A DNA stretch of 63,899 bases, filler included, from 8 parts of 8 records of this genome joined end to end with filler, not necessarily neighbours in it, one strand, 5' to 3'. Shown: positions 19,472 to 29,006, counted from the whole stretch's first letter. Notes: generated by a model not told the origin, from the sequence alone. A program made the numbers and translations.

Positions 19472-20029
19472 ATGCACCGTTTTCTCCCCATATTTCTGCT
19501 GCTCGCTACGCTAGCGTTCGGCGCAATGGCTTCCGGCTGTGCCGTTTATGACGTGGCAGTAGAAGAGCGTAACGCAGGCGACTGGGCCGACGATAAAACA
19601 ATTTCCTTTGTCATTGAAAAGGACTTTCTGGCCGATGACCAAGTCAAATATCTCGACTTTGACGCATACAGCTACGAAGGTCACGTCTACATTATCGGTG
19701 AATACGAAAACCGGGCTCAGGTCGATCAAGCCGTCAAAATTGCCAAGGCCGTCAAAGGTGTCCGTACTGTCACAACGTACGTTCTGCCCAAACGAGCCCA
19801 TGACTACTGCGGCACAACAGACAGTCTGGATATATATGCCAAACTCAAAGAGAAGCTGATCAGCGACAAGAACATCTGGTCCACCAACATCGAATTTGAA
19901 GTGGTCCAGTGCAATGTCGTCATGGTCGGTCTACTCGGCAGCAGTAACGAAATCTCGAGAGCCATCAGCCATGCGAAGAGCGTTCCCGGCGTTCGCAACG
20001 TCAAATCGTTCCTCAAGGTCAAGAGGTAG
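19472..20029 (+). CDS. dual BON-domain lipoprotein
   Basis: Lipobox ASGC and two BON repeats ending VKGVRTV and VPGVRNV. Confidence 0.88.
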   Translation: MHRFLPIFLLLATLAFGAMASGCAVYDVAVEERNAGDWADDKTISFVIEKDFLADDQVKYLDFDAYSYEGHVYIIGEYENRAQVDQAVKIAKAVKGVRTVTTYVLPKRAHDYCGTTDSLDIYAKLKEKLISDKNIWSTNIEFEVVQCNVVMVGLLGSSNEISRAISHAKSVPGVRNVKSFLKVKR

Positions 20030-20035
20030 ACAATC

Positions 20036-20563
20036 ATGGGCGACGCAATGAAAACACACTCCATGGCTCGCCCTTTCCTTCTATTCTTGGCACTCTGCAT
20101 TCTTGCCGCGATCATGCTCTCTGGGTGCGGGACAAAATCCCCTACGCCCATATCACCCGATTCAGTCGCCCACAGTCAACCAGCCTCGCCAAAGGCTGCC
20201 TCGATCATTCGCACGGCGCGAGTATTGGTGGGGTATCCATACAAATGGGGTGGGCACATGCCAGAAACAGGATTCGACTGTTCAGGACTAATCTGGTTCG
20301 TGTACCGACAAAACGGCATCAACCTGCCCCGCGTATCGTGGCAGCAGTTCGGCACGGGAGCATCGGTCAAACGAAGTGACATCCGTCCCGGTGATCTCGT
20401 TTTCTATGATGTGAAAAAAACAGGGAAGTCCCTGCATGTCGGCATTGTTACGGACCGCGCCACCTTTGTGCATGCTCCCAGCTCCGGCAAACAGGTTATG
20501 GAATCAAGTCTGAACTCCCCATACTGGGCACAGCACTATTTGGGAGCACGCCGCGTTCTCTAA
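20036..20563 (+). CDS. NlpC/P60 (C40) peptidoglycan peptidase lipoprotein
   Basis: LSGC lipobox, PYKWGG, GFDCSG, LPR.S..Q, HVGI, HAPS. Start may be 20048. Confidence 0.93.
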   Translation: MGDAMKTHSMARPFLLFLALCILAAIMLSGCGTKSPTPISPDSVAHSQPASPKAASIIRTARVLVGYPYKWGGHMPETGFDCSGLIWFVYRQNGINLPRVSWQQFGTGASVKRSDIRPGDLVFYDVKKTGKSLHVGIVTDRATFVHAPSSGKQVMESSLNSPYWAQHYLGARRVL

Positions 20564-21945
20564 TCTTCGTCAGCTTTTTCTTTCGGCGTACGGTTCTTGC
20601 CGGGGACAATATTCCGAATTGTCCGAGCGGTCTTCTCAACAGATTTTCCTGCCGAACGAATAAAATTCTTGGCCTTATCCGCTGCTGCATCAACTTTTTC
20701 CACGGCAGGAGCAAACTCGCGCGTAACTCTTTGCGTAGATTGCTCGACCTTATGGATTGATCGCTTTACACCGTTAGCGGCCTTATCCACCACTTTCTCG
20801 GCGCTACGGGCAACAGACTTGGCTCCGTCTCCGACCGACCGGGCAGAGCCTTTGACACCATCACCCACGGCCTTCGCAGATCCCTTCACGCCTTGTTTTA
20901 CGGCTCTGGCCGACCCCTTCACGCCGCGCCCGACAGACTTCGCGGAGTTGGAAACGCCACGCCCCACGGATTTGGCTCCCGACCCGACCGCTCCGGCTGT
21001 GCCCGTCACGGACGAGCCCATGGTTTTGACCGCTTTTTTCGCACCTTTCTTTACGGCGCCAGTCGATCCCTTAATTAAAAGCTTGGTCACCTGAGTCACG
21101 GTTTCACTGCTGATGGACATAAACATTTTTGCGGCCTCAAGGGTCGCAGACCGACGCATAAGGCCTTTGGAATCCAAGTCCAGGCTCATGTAATTCCGAG
21201 CGACGATACCGCACCGCATGGCGAGAAGCGCATTGGTGGAACCGCTCAAAATCGACGTGGTCACGGTCCCGGCAATGGCCTCGGCACCGGGCATGGCCCC
21301 CACCGCTGAACTGGCAATCATCGGTCCCATCAATTCATGGATATATTCTTCGATGCCAAATTCTTCGATGCTCCCGGCCAGAAAAGAAGTCGCCGCGATA
21401 TTGGCGTAAAGATTGATAAGCTCCCGATAATGCGGACGTTGATTGTATAGCTTGGATATCCGCCACGCCAGACGCGAGATGAGGAACAGAACCACCAGAG
21501 AATCAAGCCGCCCGTTTTGAGAAACAGCCGTACCAACAAACACACGTTTGGCCGTGCTTCTGATCTCCTGATCCGCCCGGTCTCGCAACACAGCAAGCCC
21601 GGTTTCCAAATCTGATTCGTCAGCTACACGAACATCGGCATTTTTCAGAATACGATTTTTCCCAAGTCGTTTCACGAGCGCCTGGCGAAACTTCACCATT
21701 TCTTCAGGCGAAGGTTCGGCATGAACCATCATGGGCCTCGGCCTCAACAAGGCAGTCGCTACCAGCCAACCGAATGAAACAACAACGATCAACAAAAGTC
21801 CCCAGAACACCCACGGGGTTGCAGCCACATTGATGCGCCCAGCAAAATCGGACAGCCCGACGATACAATCATATATGAAGGCGAAAAACGCCCCTATGAC
21901 AATGACTCCAATTAGGGTCAAAAAATTCTTCATCTGTTTGGACAT
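20560..21945 (-). CDS. YcjF/DUF697-family membrane protein with basic 11-mer repeat tail
   Basis: Two TM segments, TAVSQNGRLDSL, ISKLYNQRP, GSTNALLAMRCG. GGAGG RBS before ATG 21945. Confidence 0.8.
   Translation of the reverse strand: MSKQMKNFLTLIGVIVIGAFFAFIYDCIVGLSDFAGRINVAATPWVFWGLLLIVVVSFGWLVATALLRPRPMMVHAEPSPEEMVKFRQALVKRLGKNRILKNADVRVADESDLETGLAVLRDRADQEIRSTAKRVFVGTAVSQNGRLDSLVVLFLISRLAWRISKLYNQRPHYRELINLYANIAATSFLAGSIEEFGIEEYIHELMGPMIASSAVGAMPGAEAIAGTVTTSILSGSTNALLAMRCGIVARNYMSLDLDSKGLMRRSATLEAAKMFMSISSETVTQVTKLLIKGSTGAVKKGAKKAVKTMGSSVTGTAGAVGSGAKSVGRGVSNSAKSVGRGVKGSARAVKQGVKGSAKAVGDGVKGSARSVGDGAKSVARSAEKVVDKAANGVKRSIHKVEQSTQRVTREFAPAVEKVDAAADKAKNFIRSAGKSVEKTARTIRNIVPGKNRTPKEKADED
20812..20976 (-). 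repeat. coding tandem 33-bp (11-aa) degenerate repeats
   Basis: AKSVGRGVSNS / AKSVGRGVKGS / ARAVKQGVKGS / AKAVGDGVKGS / ARSVGDGAKSV. Confidence 0.8.
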
Positions 21946-22143
21946 GCATTCCTCCACGAACAAGATAAGGCCATGCCTTCAAATGGCAAAGCAAGAACTT
22001 GTCCGATACATTTCAAAACCCTGTAAGCAAAACACCCCGGCTGTTCAAGAGTGTGCAATAAAAACACAAAAAAAAGGTCAAACCCTCGACATACTCGCCG
22101 TACGCAAGGGCTTGACCGTTATGAAACAATGCAGTGAACGTTT

Positions 22144-22599
22144 TTACTCTTCGGGAGTCAGCGGCTTATAATACATACCAATCTTGATGCGGTCAGTGGA
22201 GTACTGGCTCTTGAGCTTGATCTTAAGCTCTTTATTTTCCCAACGGTAAACATCCCAATTGTCGATTTTTTTATGATCTGGAACACCATAGGAGTCCATA
22301 AGCGTGGTAACCACTTTCTTGACGTCTTTGGCTTTGTCGATCTCAATCAATGCCGTATAGAGCTTACCACCTAAAAATCCATAGGTGACCTCCCCCTGCT
22401 CCACTTCAAAAATACCACACGGGTCCACCTTGGTGACAGAATAATACTTCACACCATCCACGGTGTGGGAAAAAGTAATCTGTTCCACAGTAGAAATGGG
22501 TTTTCCCCAGGGAATGGCATTACACTCATCCGCAGCATATGCGGATACAGAGAATGCTACGGCCAGCAGGGCAGTGAAAACAAATACGCGTATTTTCAA
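22144..22599 (-). CDS. exported hypothetical protein
   Basis: AAGGAG RBS before TTG; signal peptide ending AYA. Confidence 0.7.
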   Translation of the reverse strand: MKIRVFVFTALLAVAFSVSAYAADECNAIPWGKPISTVEQITFSHTVDGVKYYSVTKVDPCGIFEVEQGEVTYGFLGGKLYTALIEIDKAKDVKKVVTTLMDSYGVPDHKKIDNWDVYRWENKELKIKLKSQYSTDRIKIGMYYKPLTPEE

Positions 22600-22664
22600 A
22601 CCAGTCTCCTTGGTCTTTGGTTCATTCCATGACAGGGCCATACTCACGGAGAGCACAATCCGTG

Positions 22665-22898
22665 TCAACTGTTGGTTTTCGTTCCCTTATAGGTAAACGC
22701 CTTTTTATCCATGGTATAATACGACCCGCGATCAATACCCACAGCTTTTCCGCAAGGACAAAACACCTTGCCGTCCCGTTCTTCCATATTCCACACCTTT
22801 TTGATGCGATCCTTGTGACAACGGTGCACTTCTCCTTGGCCGATCTTATAATACTTCCAAAGTTTGCGACGACAGGCTGAACATTTGAGTGTGAGCAT
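22665..22898 (-). CDS. small Cys-rich (zinc-ribbon-like) hypothetical protein
   Basis: MLTLKCSACRRKLWKYYKIGQG.VHRCHKDRI...CPCG. Confidence 0.7.
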   Translation of the reverse strand: MLTLKCSACRRKLWKYYKIGQGEVHRCHKDRIKKVWNMEERDGKVFCPCGKAVGIDRGSYYTMDKKAFTYKGTKTNS

Positions 22899-22954
22899 GT
22901 CCAAATGATAGCGCACTGAAAGACAACCGTAAACGCCTTGTCTCCAGATCACAG

Positions 22955-22986
22955 AAAAAGGCCATGCAGACTCACTGCATGGCCTT
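22955..22986 (-). terminator. intrinsic terminator of the mod-tsaA operon
   Basis: 12-bp stem AAGGCCATGCAG/CTGCATGGCCTT followed by a T-run on the minus strand. Confidence 0.75.
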
Positions 22987-23014
22987 GATAAAACATTTTT
23001 CAACGCAATCGGGC

Positions 23015-23509
23015 TTACTCGGATTTCGCCACAAAACGATGATCCGACCGCAATGTCTCGGCCTTATCCGCATTTTGATCCAACCAACCAAAACGATCTG
23101 CCGGAGCAACGTCGAACTTGGCAACATAGGGTTTGATGTCCAGAAGAGGCGTTCCATCGAGAACATCAATACCACGAATTCGAAGGATATTACCTTCAAT
23201 GGACTCCAACCGGACCACGGACATGCCGATCATGTTTGGCCGTCGAGGGGCCCGCGTGGAGAATAATCCGCGTGGTACTGTGTCCATGAACGGCGTAACC
23301 TTGAGCTTGAAGTCGCTATTCTTGTGCAGGTGATACAATAAATGGATATGAGAAAATCCATCCAAGTCCTCCAACCCTTCCACGAACTCTTCATTCAACC
23401 GAATTTCACCGACCACATCTTTGGCCCCGGTGGGCTGGATAGGCATATCGTCCAAAGACGTAAACGGTGTATGAATCACACCAATAGGAGTAAAAACGAC
23501 GCTATTCAT
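23015..23509 (-). CDS. tsaA: TsaA/TrmO (YaeB)-family SAM-binding methyltransferase
   Basis: PIGVIHTPF, GLEDLDGFSH, GLFSTRAPRRPN.IG, DVLDGTPLLDIKPY. Confidence 0.9.
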   Translation of the reverse strand: MNSVVFTPIGVIHTPFTSLDDMPIQPTGAKDVVGEIRLNEEFVEGLEDLDGFSHIHLLYHLHKNSDFKLKVTPFMDTVPRGLFSTRAPRRPNMIGMSVVRLESIEGNILRIRGIDVLDGTPLLDIKPYVAKFDVAPADRFGWLDQNADKAETLRSDHRFVAKSE

Positions 23510-23529
23510 ATGAGGCTCTCCGCTGTGTT

Positions 23530-24591
23530 TCAGGCAAGTGTTACGTTTGCTGCCTTGACACCAAGGCACATGGTGTCATCCCGGTGAATATCCAACTCCT
23601 GAAATGCGCTGGCAGTAATGACTGCTGGAATGCGCACACCCTGCGACCGGAACGACAAGTGATACAGGATGCCTTCCTGATAATAGTCTTCAAGCGTCGC
23701 GTCCACAAGGTTCTGAATAGATGTCTTTTGCGGTCGATCACGGAAGACCATTACATTTTCAGGCCGCAGAAACACACGGACATTGTCACCGCTCTGGGCA
23801 GACTCAATAGAATTCAAGACCAAACCACCGACGTCAACCTGACACTGGCCGTTAGCTCCGGGCTGAACTGTCCCTTCAAAAACACTCGCCCCCACAAAAT
23901 CAGCGACAAACCGATTGCTCGGTCTATTGAACACATCATGCGTGGTGGCATGCTGTTCCAATCGCCCGTTTCGCATGATGGCAACCTTATCAGCCAGCGC
24001 CCAGACGTCATCCATATCATGAGTAATATGCAGAACGGTAATATCACGCTCACGCATAATCCGACGTAAAAGAGCGCGCGTGGTGTGTCGAGTTTGCGGA
24101 TCCAGAGCCGAAAGGGGTTCATCCATAAGCAAAAGACGAGGTTCGACCACCAAAGCACGAGCCAAAGCTGCGCGTTGCTGCTCCCCACCAGATAATGTTG
24201 TGGGTTTGCGATGCAACACATGGGTGATGTTCAGGGCTTCGGCCATCTCCATGATCTTCGCCTTTCGGCTTACCTTGTCTCGATCAACTTTTTTCAGACC
24301 ATACTCGATATTTTGAAACACGTTCTTGTGAGGCAGGAGAGCATAGTCCTGATAGACGATGCCAATACGCCGTTTTTCCGGCGGGTCATCCGTGATATCG
24401 CGCCCTTCCAGAAACACCCGACCTTTGGACGGTTTGTAAAACCCGATAATACACTCGAGCAAAATAGTCTTTCCGGAGCCGGTCGGTCCCATGACAGTCA
24501 GATATTCGCCACGTTCAAATTCCAGAGATACACCTTTGAGTGAGAATTCTCCGAGATCGATATGCATGTCTTCAACGCGCAGGAAACTCAT
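23530..24591 (-). CDS. modC: molybdate/tungstate-type ABC ATPase with C-terminal TOBE-like region
   Basis: GPTGSGKT, LSGGEQQR, LLMDEP, HITHD. Confidence 0.85.
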   Translation of the reverse strand: MSFLRVEDMHIDLGEFSLKGVSLEFERGEYLTVMGPTGSGKTILLECIIGFYKPSKGRVFLEGRDITDDPPEKRRIGIVYQDYALLPHKNVFQNIEYGLKKVDRDKVSRKAKIMEMAEALNITHVLHRKPTTLSGGEQQRAALARALVVEPRLLLMDEPLSALDPQTRHTTRALLRRIMRERDITVLHITHDMDDVWALADKVAIMRNGRLEQHATTHDVFNRPSNRFVADFVGASVFEGTVQPGANGQCQVDVGGLVLNSIESAQSGDNVRVFLRPENVMVFRDRPQKTSIQNLVDATLEDYYQEGILYHLSFRSQGVRIPAVITASAFQELDIHRDDTMCLGVKAANVTLA

Positions 24592-25370
24592 AATTTCGCC
24601 TCCGTTTTTTCAAAAATGAAAATGGCGATGAAGGACACACCTATCAGCAGGATTCCACTGGTCAAGGCCATGCCCATGTTGCCGTAAGAGATGTTCAAAT
24701 AGAGGGTAATGGGAAGAGTTTCTGTTCGCATGTACGAGCCACCCGCCAGAATCAACACTGTGCCAAACGTTCCGATACACCGGGCAAAGGCAATAACGGT
24801 CGAAGCGAGAATACCGCTCCCGGCCAAAGGAATTGAGACCCGAAGGAACGTCTCGAACTGCGTATAGCCGAGACTTCTGGATACGAATTCCATGCGAGGA
24901 TTGATATAGTCAAACGTGGACTTCATGATCCGCACCGAATATGGCAGGGCCGTAAAAAACTGGGCCGCAACAATACCTTTCTTGGTAAAGACAAAATCCA
25001 ACCCTACGGAACTCAAAGCCTTGCCAATAGGAGTCTTCCCAAACAGCAAGAGCAGGCACAGGCCGAGAACCAATTCTGGGAAGGCCACAGGAAGATCAAT
25101 AATTGTCTTCACCACGCCCTTACCCCAAAAATCCAGTCGGGAAAGAGTGTACCCAATAGGAAGCGCAAACAGCATAACCAACACTGTAGACACAAGCCCC
25201 GTGACCAGCGAAAGACGCAGTGAAAGCTGCATCTCCTCACTCCAGATATTGGTCATAATATCTTCAAAGGTCGGAACAGTCAGCAACGCGCCTATCGCGC
25301 ACAGCAGAAAGAACGTAATGAAAAAAGAACTGAAAAGAAGCCCCGCTTTGAACGGCGTTACTTTGTGCAT
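24588..25370 (-). CDS. modB: molybdate-type ABC permease
   Basis: DLPVAFP..V.G, AQFFTALP, EAA-like loop, FARCIGTFG, TETLP. Confidence 0.85.
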   Translation of the reverse strand: MHKVTPFKAGLLFSSFFITFFLLCAIGALLTVPTFEDIMTNIWSEEMQLSLRLSLVTGLVSTVLVMLFALPIGYTLSRLDFWGKGVVKTIIDLPVAFPELVLGLCLLLLFGKTPIGKALSSVGLDFVFTKKGIVAAQFFTALPYSVRIMKSTFDYINPRMEFVSRSLGYTQFETFLRVSIPLAGSGILASTVIAFARCIGTFGTVLILAGGSYMRTETLPITLYLNISYGNMGMALTSGILLIGVSFIAIFIFEKTEAKL

Positions 25371-26137
25371 GCTTCAAAGCCCCACTTCTCCCAAACAACA
25401 AGCCCTTCGGCAGAGGCTATATAATCATTGAGTTCAAGAGCCAGGGGATTATCTTTTGCAGAAACATGGACGGCGGTCGGAATTGTCTTGATCATATTGC
25501 GTTTGTCATCAATACGCACGACCTGCACCTTGCCCTTGCCCTCGGCCCATGTGGTAACATCAAGCCAGTTAATGGCGGCATCAGCCTGTTCCAGAGCAGT
25601 ATAAATAAGAAGCTGGTTACAGGTAGGAGCGTACACAACCACGTTCGGTGTCACTTGCTCCCACATCCCGGCCTTGCTCAACATCTTCTTGGACACTTTG
25701 CCAATAGCGGCAGCCTTTGGATCTCCCAAAGCGACCTTGACGCCCGGACGGGCCAGATCATCCAAAGTCTGAATATTTGCAGGATTGCCACCAGGCACAA
25801 CCATGACAGGCACATGCTTGACGATGGGCTTCATGCTCGGTTCATACACCCATCCATTTTTGATGGCATCGCGTGTGTATTTCTCGGCACCGGGAATAAA
25901 GACATCACACGTTTGTCCTACGCCAAGCATTCCAAAGATTTCACCGGAACTGCCATAATGCACATCGATATGCACATCGTGCGATTTCTCGAAGTTTTGA
26001 CGAAGCTCTTCCATCGGCTTCATCAACCCGGCTCCGGCAAAAATACGCAAATCATCGGCATATGCATTGGTAAACATGCCGGTAACGGCAAGGCACAAGA
26101 AAAAGACAAAAGTCATGGGCAAAAAACGGCGAGACAT
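25358..26137 (-). CDS. modA: molybdate-type ABC substrate-binding protein
   Basis: Signal peptide, AGAGL, YGSSG, GNPANI..L.DL, GDPKAAAIG. GGAG RBS. Confidence 0.85.
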   Translation of the reverse strand: MSRRFLPMTFVFFLCLAVTGMFTNAYADDLRIFAGAGLMKPMEELRQNFEKSHDVHIDVHYGSSGEIFGMLGVGQTCDVFIPGAEKYTRDAIKNGWVYEPSMKPIVKHVPVMVVPGGNPANIQTLDDLARPGVKVALGDPKAAAIGKVSKKMLSKAGMWEQVTPNVVVYAPTCNQLLIYTALEQADAAINWLDVTTWAEGKGKVQVVRIDDKRNMIKTIPTAVHVSAKDNPLALELNDYIASAEGLVVWEKWGFEACTK

Positions 26138-26297
26138 GGCCACACTCCAGAAAAGTTACAGATACAGTAGTTCGGCTCCATTCCGCCATGAAACAGACCA
26201 ATAAGACCGCCGTACCGACTTCCCTCAAATTCGACCTCGGCCCAGACTACGGACTACGCAAAAGTACACAGACCTGCGCGCTTAATATGTTACGAAG

Positions 26298-26326
26298 AAC
26301 ATAATGCATCCCGTCATAATGAGCAA
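26298..26326 (-). promoter_or_regulatory. putative sigma70 promoter of the mod operon, overlapped by a 6-6-6 palindrome
   Basis: Minus strand TTGCTC-N17-TATGTT. Palindrome TATGTT-acgaag-AACATA at 26286-26303. Confidence 0.4.
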
Positions 26327-26482
26327 GAATTTCAGCCCTACACAGGAGAATGACACGAACCTCAAAGGTATGGATTAGCAAAAGAAAAAAACGAGGAAGG
26401 AAGTATAGGCTATAGCGACTCTGAACGTTTTTGCATAACAGCACCAACCCCATTTATGATTGAACTATCTCATCTTTCATTT

Positions 26483-27955
26483 CTACACCTGTTCAAAATG
26501 CACGGTCTCCACTTCAGGAAAATCGCCTAAAGTTTTAGCGATGCCCGCCTGAAGGAAGGAATCCACCCACCAGAAAATGTTGTTTTTACGAACCTGCTCA
26601 CGCAATTTGGACATATGAAGGGAACGCTCTTCCTTACTCCAATGAAATGCCCTGTGTATTCCTTTGGCAATACCATCCATATCATAAGGATTAACCAGAT
26701 AAGCATGTTTCTGAAGTTGAGCCGCTGCACCGGCAAACTCACTGAGGACGAGAACACCATCTTCCGAGGTGTTACAAGCACAATATTCTTTGGCTACCAG
26801 ATTCATGCCATCGCGCAGAGGAGTGACAAGGCCGATATCAGCGGCAGCGTAATAAGCCACCAATTCATCATGGGGCAAATTGCGATAGTGATAATGGACA
26901 GGCACCCAACCGGGAAAAGAAAACTCACCATTGACCCGGCCCACTAACTGTTCAATCTCAGTGCGCAAATCCTTATACTCGTCAACTTCTTCACGACTTG
27001 GCACGGCAATCTGCACGAAATTCATTCGTCCCTTCAAATCAGGATACCGCCGCAACAATGTCTGGATGGACCGGATTCGTTCAGGAATACCTTTCGTATA
27101 ATCCAGCCGATCCACGCCGAGAATAATTTTGCGATGACGCAACGCCTCTTTCAATTCAAACGCTTTTCGCGCGACATCCGGTCGCTTGGCCAAATCCGAG
27201 AACTGATTATAATCAATAGAAATAGGAAAAGCCCCAAGTCGGAACTGCCGATTGCCCGCATGCACTGTCACCACAGCGCCACGTCCCTCGACCCTTGCAT
27301 CTGGCATGAGTCTTTGCAAACACCCCACAAAATTCCGACGATCCTGAATAGTCTGAAATCCCACAAGGTCATAATCGATTAATGCCTGAATGAGTTTCCA
27401 ACGCCACGGCAACTTCATGAAAATATCCGGCGTGGGAAAAGGAATATGCAGGAAAAAACCGATATTCCGTTTCACCCCCATGCTCTTCAAGAAAAAAGCC
27501 TGATGCATGAGATGGTAGTCCTGAATCCAAATGTAATCGTCCTGATCAGACTTGCGGGCCACGACTTCGGCAAACTTGAAATTCACGTCCAGATACGCCC
27601 GCCAATACTTAGGGAAAAACCGACAGCGTGTCTGTAAATCATGGAACAGAGGCCAGATAATCTCGTTCGAAAAACCAAAATAGTACCCGTCAACTTCTTC
27701 CTTGGTCAAAGGGACGGTGCACAACTCATAGCCAGCTTCCTTTGAAAAATCAGCGAGTAAACCATCAACGTCAACATCCGGTTCAGATGCGCCGGACCAG
27801 CCTATCCAGACGCCGCCTCGATTTTTCAGCACCGGAGCCATGGCCGTGACCAACCCACCAGAACCGGGGTTGACCTTCCACTGACCCTTTTCCCTTTTCA
27901 ACGCTGCGGGAAGGCGATTTGAGACCACCACAAGTTTCTGCATTCCGGATTCCAT
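26483..27955 (-). CDS. otsA: GT20 trehalose-6-phosphate synthase (or glucosylglycerol-phosphate synthase)
   Basis: [62 protein letters not shown]. Confidence 0.9.
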   Translation of the reverse strand: MESGMQKLVVVSNRLPAALKREKGQWKVNPGSGGLVTAMAPVLKNRGGVWIGWSGASEPDVDVDGLLADFSKEAGYELCTVPLTKEEVDGYYFGFSNEIIWPLFHDLQTRCRFFPKYWRAYLDVNFKFAEVVARKSDQDDYIWIQDYHLMHQAFFLKSMGVKRNIGFFLHIPFPTPDIFMKLPWRWKLIQALIDYDLVGFQTIQDRRNFVGCLQRLMPDARVEGRGAVVTVHAGNRQFRLGAFPISIDYNQFSDLAKRPDVARKAFELKEALRHRKIILGVDRLDYTKGIPERIRSIQTLLRRYPDLKGRMNFVQIAVPSREEVDEYKDLRTEIEQLVGRVNGEFSFPGWVPVHYHYRNLPHDELVAYYAAADIGLVTPLRDGMNLVAKEYCACNTSEDGVLVLSEFAGAAAQLQKHAYLVNPYDMDGIAKGIHRAFHWSKEERSLHMSKLREQVRKNNIFWWVDSFLQAGIAKTLGDFPEVETVHFEQV

Positions 27956-28079
27956 TAATCATCTCCCAAATTCAGGTATGAAGAATGGATTTTCTTCATT
28001 AATAGACTGTTACCGCTCTTTGATGGGGATTTCAACCTCACGAGTAAAACAGAACGGTAAAAATTATGGTCCCAAACAG

Positions 28080-28107
28080 TTGACAAGAGCGACCGCATAC
28101 TTATCTT
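28080..28107 (+). promoter_or_regulatory. putative sigma70 promoter of groES
   Basis: TTGACA-N16-TATCTT. No CIRCE repeat visible. Confidence 0.45.
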
Positions 28108-28171
28108 TTGCCGCAGTCGACATTATACGCCGCGCAGGGTTGCGGCGAATATACTATAAGGAGATAATTTC

Positions 28172-28432
28172 ATGGGTTTGAAACCATTGCATGATCGCGT
28201 CATCGTCAAGAGGAAGGAAGAAGAGGAAAGGACTGCCGGGGGCATCTACATCCCGGACTCCGCCAAAGAGAAGCCGCAGAACGGCGTTATCATGGCAGCC
28301 GGTCCCGAATGCAAGACCGTTCAGGACGGCGACATCATCCTGTTCGCCAAGTATGCGGGCAGCGAATTCTCCATGGACGGCGACGAGCTGATCATCATGA
28401 GAGAAGACGACATCCTCGGCGTCTTTGCATAA
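28172..28432 (+). CDS. groES: co-chaperonin GroES (short form)
   Basis: LKPLHDRV, TAGGIYIPDSAKEKP, KYAGSE, MREDDILG. Confidence 0.97.
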   Translation: MGLKPLHDRVIVKRKEEEERTAGGIYIPDSAKEKPQNGVIMAAGPECKTVQDGDIILFAKYAGSEFSMDGDELIIMREDDILGVFA

Positions 28433-28552
28433 ACTGTCCATCAAGGCTTGATTGCTTCGTTGCTTTAAAAGAATCAAATCCACGCGAAGGAAACTCCGCT
28501 TCGGTCCTTGATCCTTTTCTGCCCCTCGCACTCGAACCTTTCTGCACAGTTT
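28431..28552. repeat. about 120-bp imperfect palindromic element in the groES-groEL spacer (MITE/REP-like)
   Basis: Terminal inverted repeat AAACTGTcCA/TGcACAGTTT. Internal arms AAAGAATCAA/TTGATCCTTT and GCGAAG/CTCCGC. Confidence 0.55.
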
Positions 28553-28597
28553 CACGATGTTTTTTTGTAGTTAACAAACAAATTTCACAGGGAATAA

Positions 28598-28823
<226 letters not shown>

Positions 28824-28923
28824 NNNNNNNNNNNNNNNNNNNNNNNNNNNNNNNNNNNNNNNNNNNNTTAATTAATTAANNNNNNNNNNNNNNNNNNNNN
28901 NNNNNNNNNNNNNNNNNNNNNNN
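28824..28923. other. artificial contig linker
   Basis: N44-TTAATTAATTAA-N44. Confidence 0.99.
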
Positions 28924-29006
28924 AGTTCCGCCTGGGACGAAATCCCGGTAGCGTTCATGATCCGGCTGATCAATATATCAACTTTATTTTCCGTCACGCC
29001 TGCCAT
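28924..29006 (-). CDS. N-terminus of an HTH regulator (phage CI-repressor/XRE-like), truncated
   Basis: Manual translation MAGVTENKVDILISRIMNATGISSQAEL, running off the contig. Not in the ORF track. Confidence 0.5.

Noticed and set aside
26140-26290. Moco/Wco riboswitch upstream of modA
   Set aside because: I could not identify the conserved Moco motif elements by eye. Left as an untested leader.
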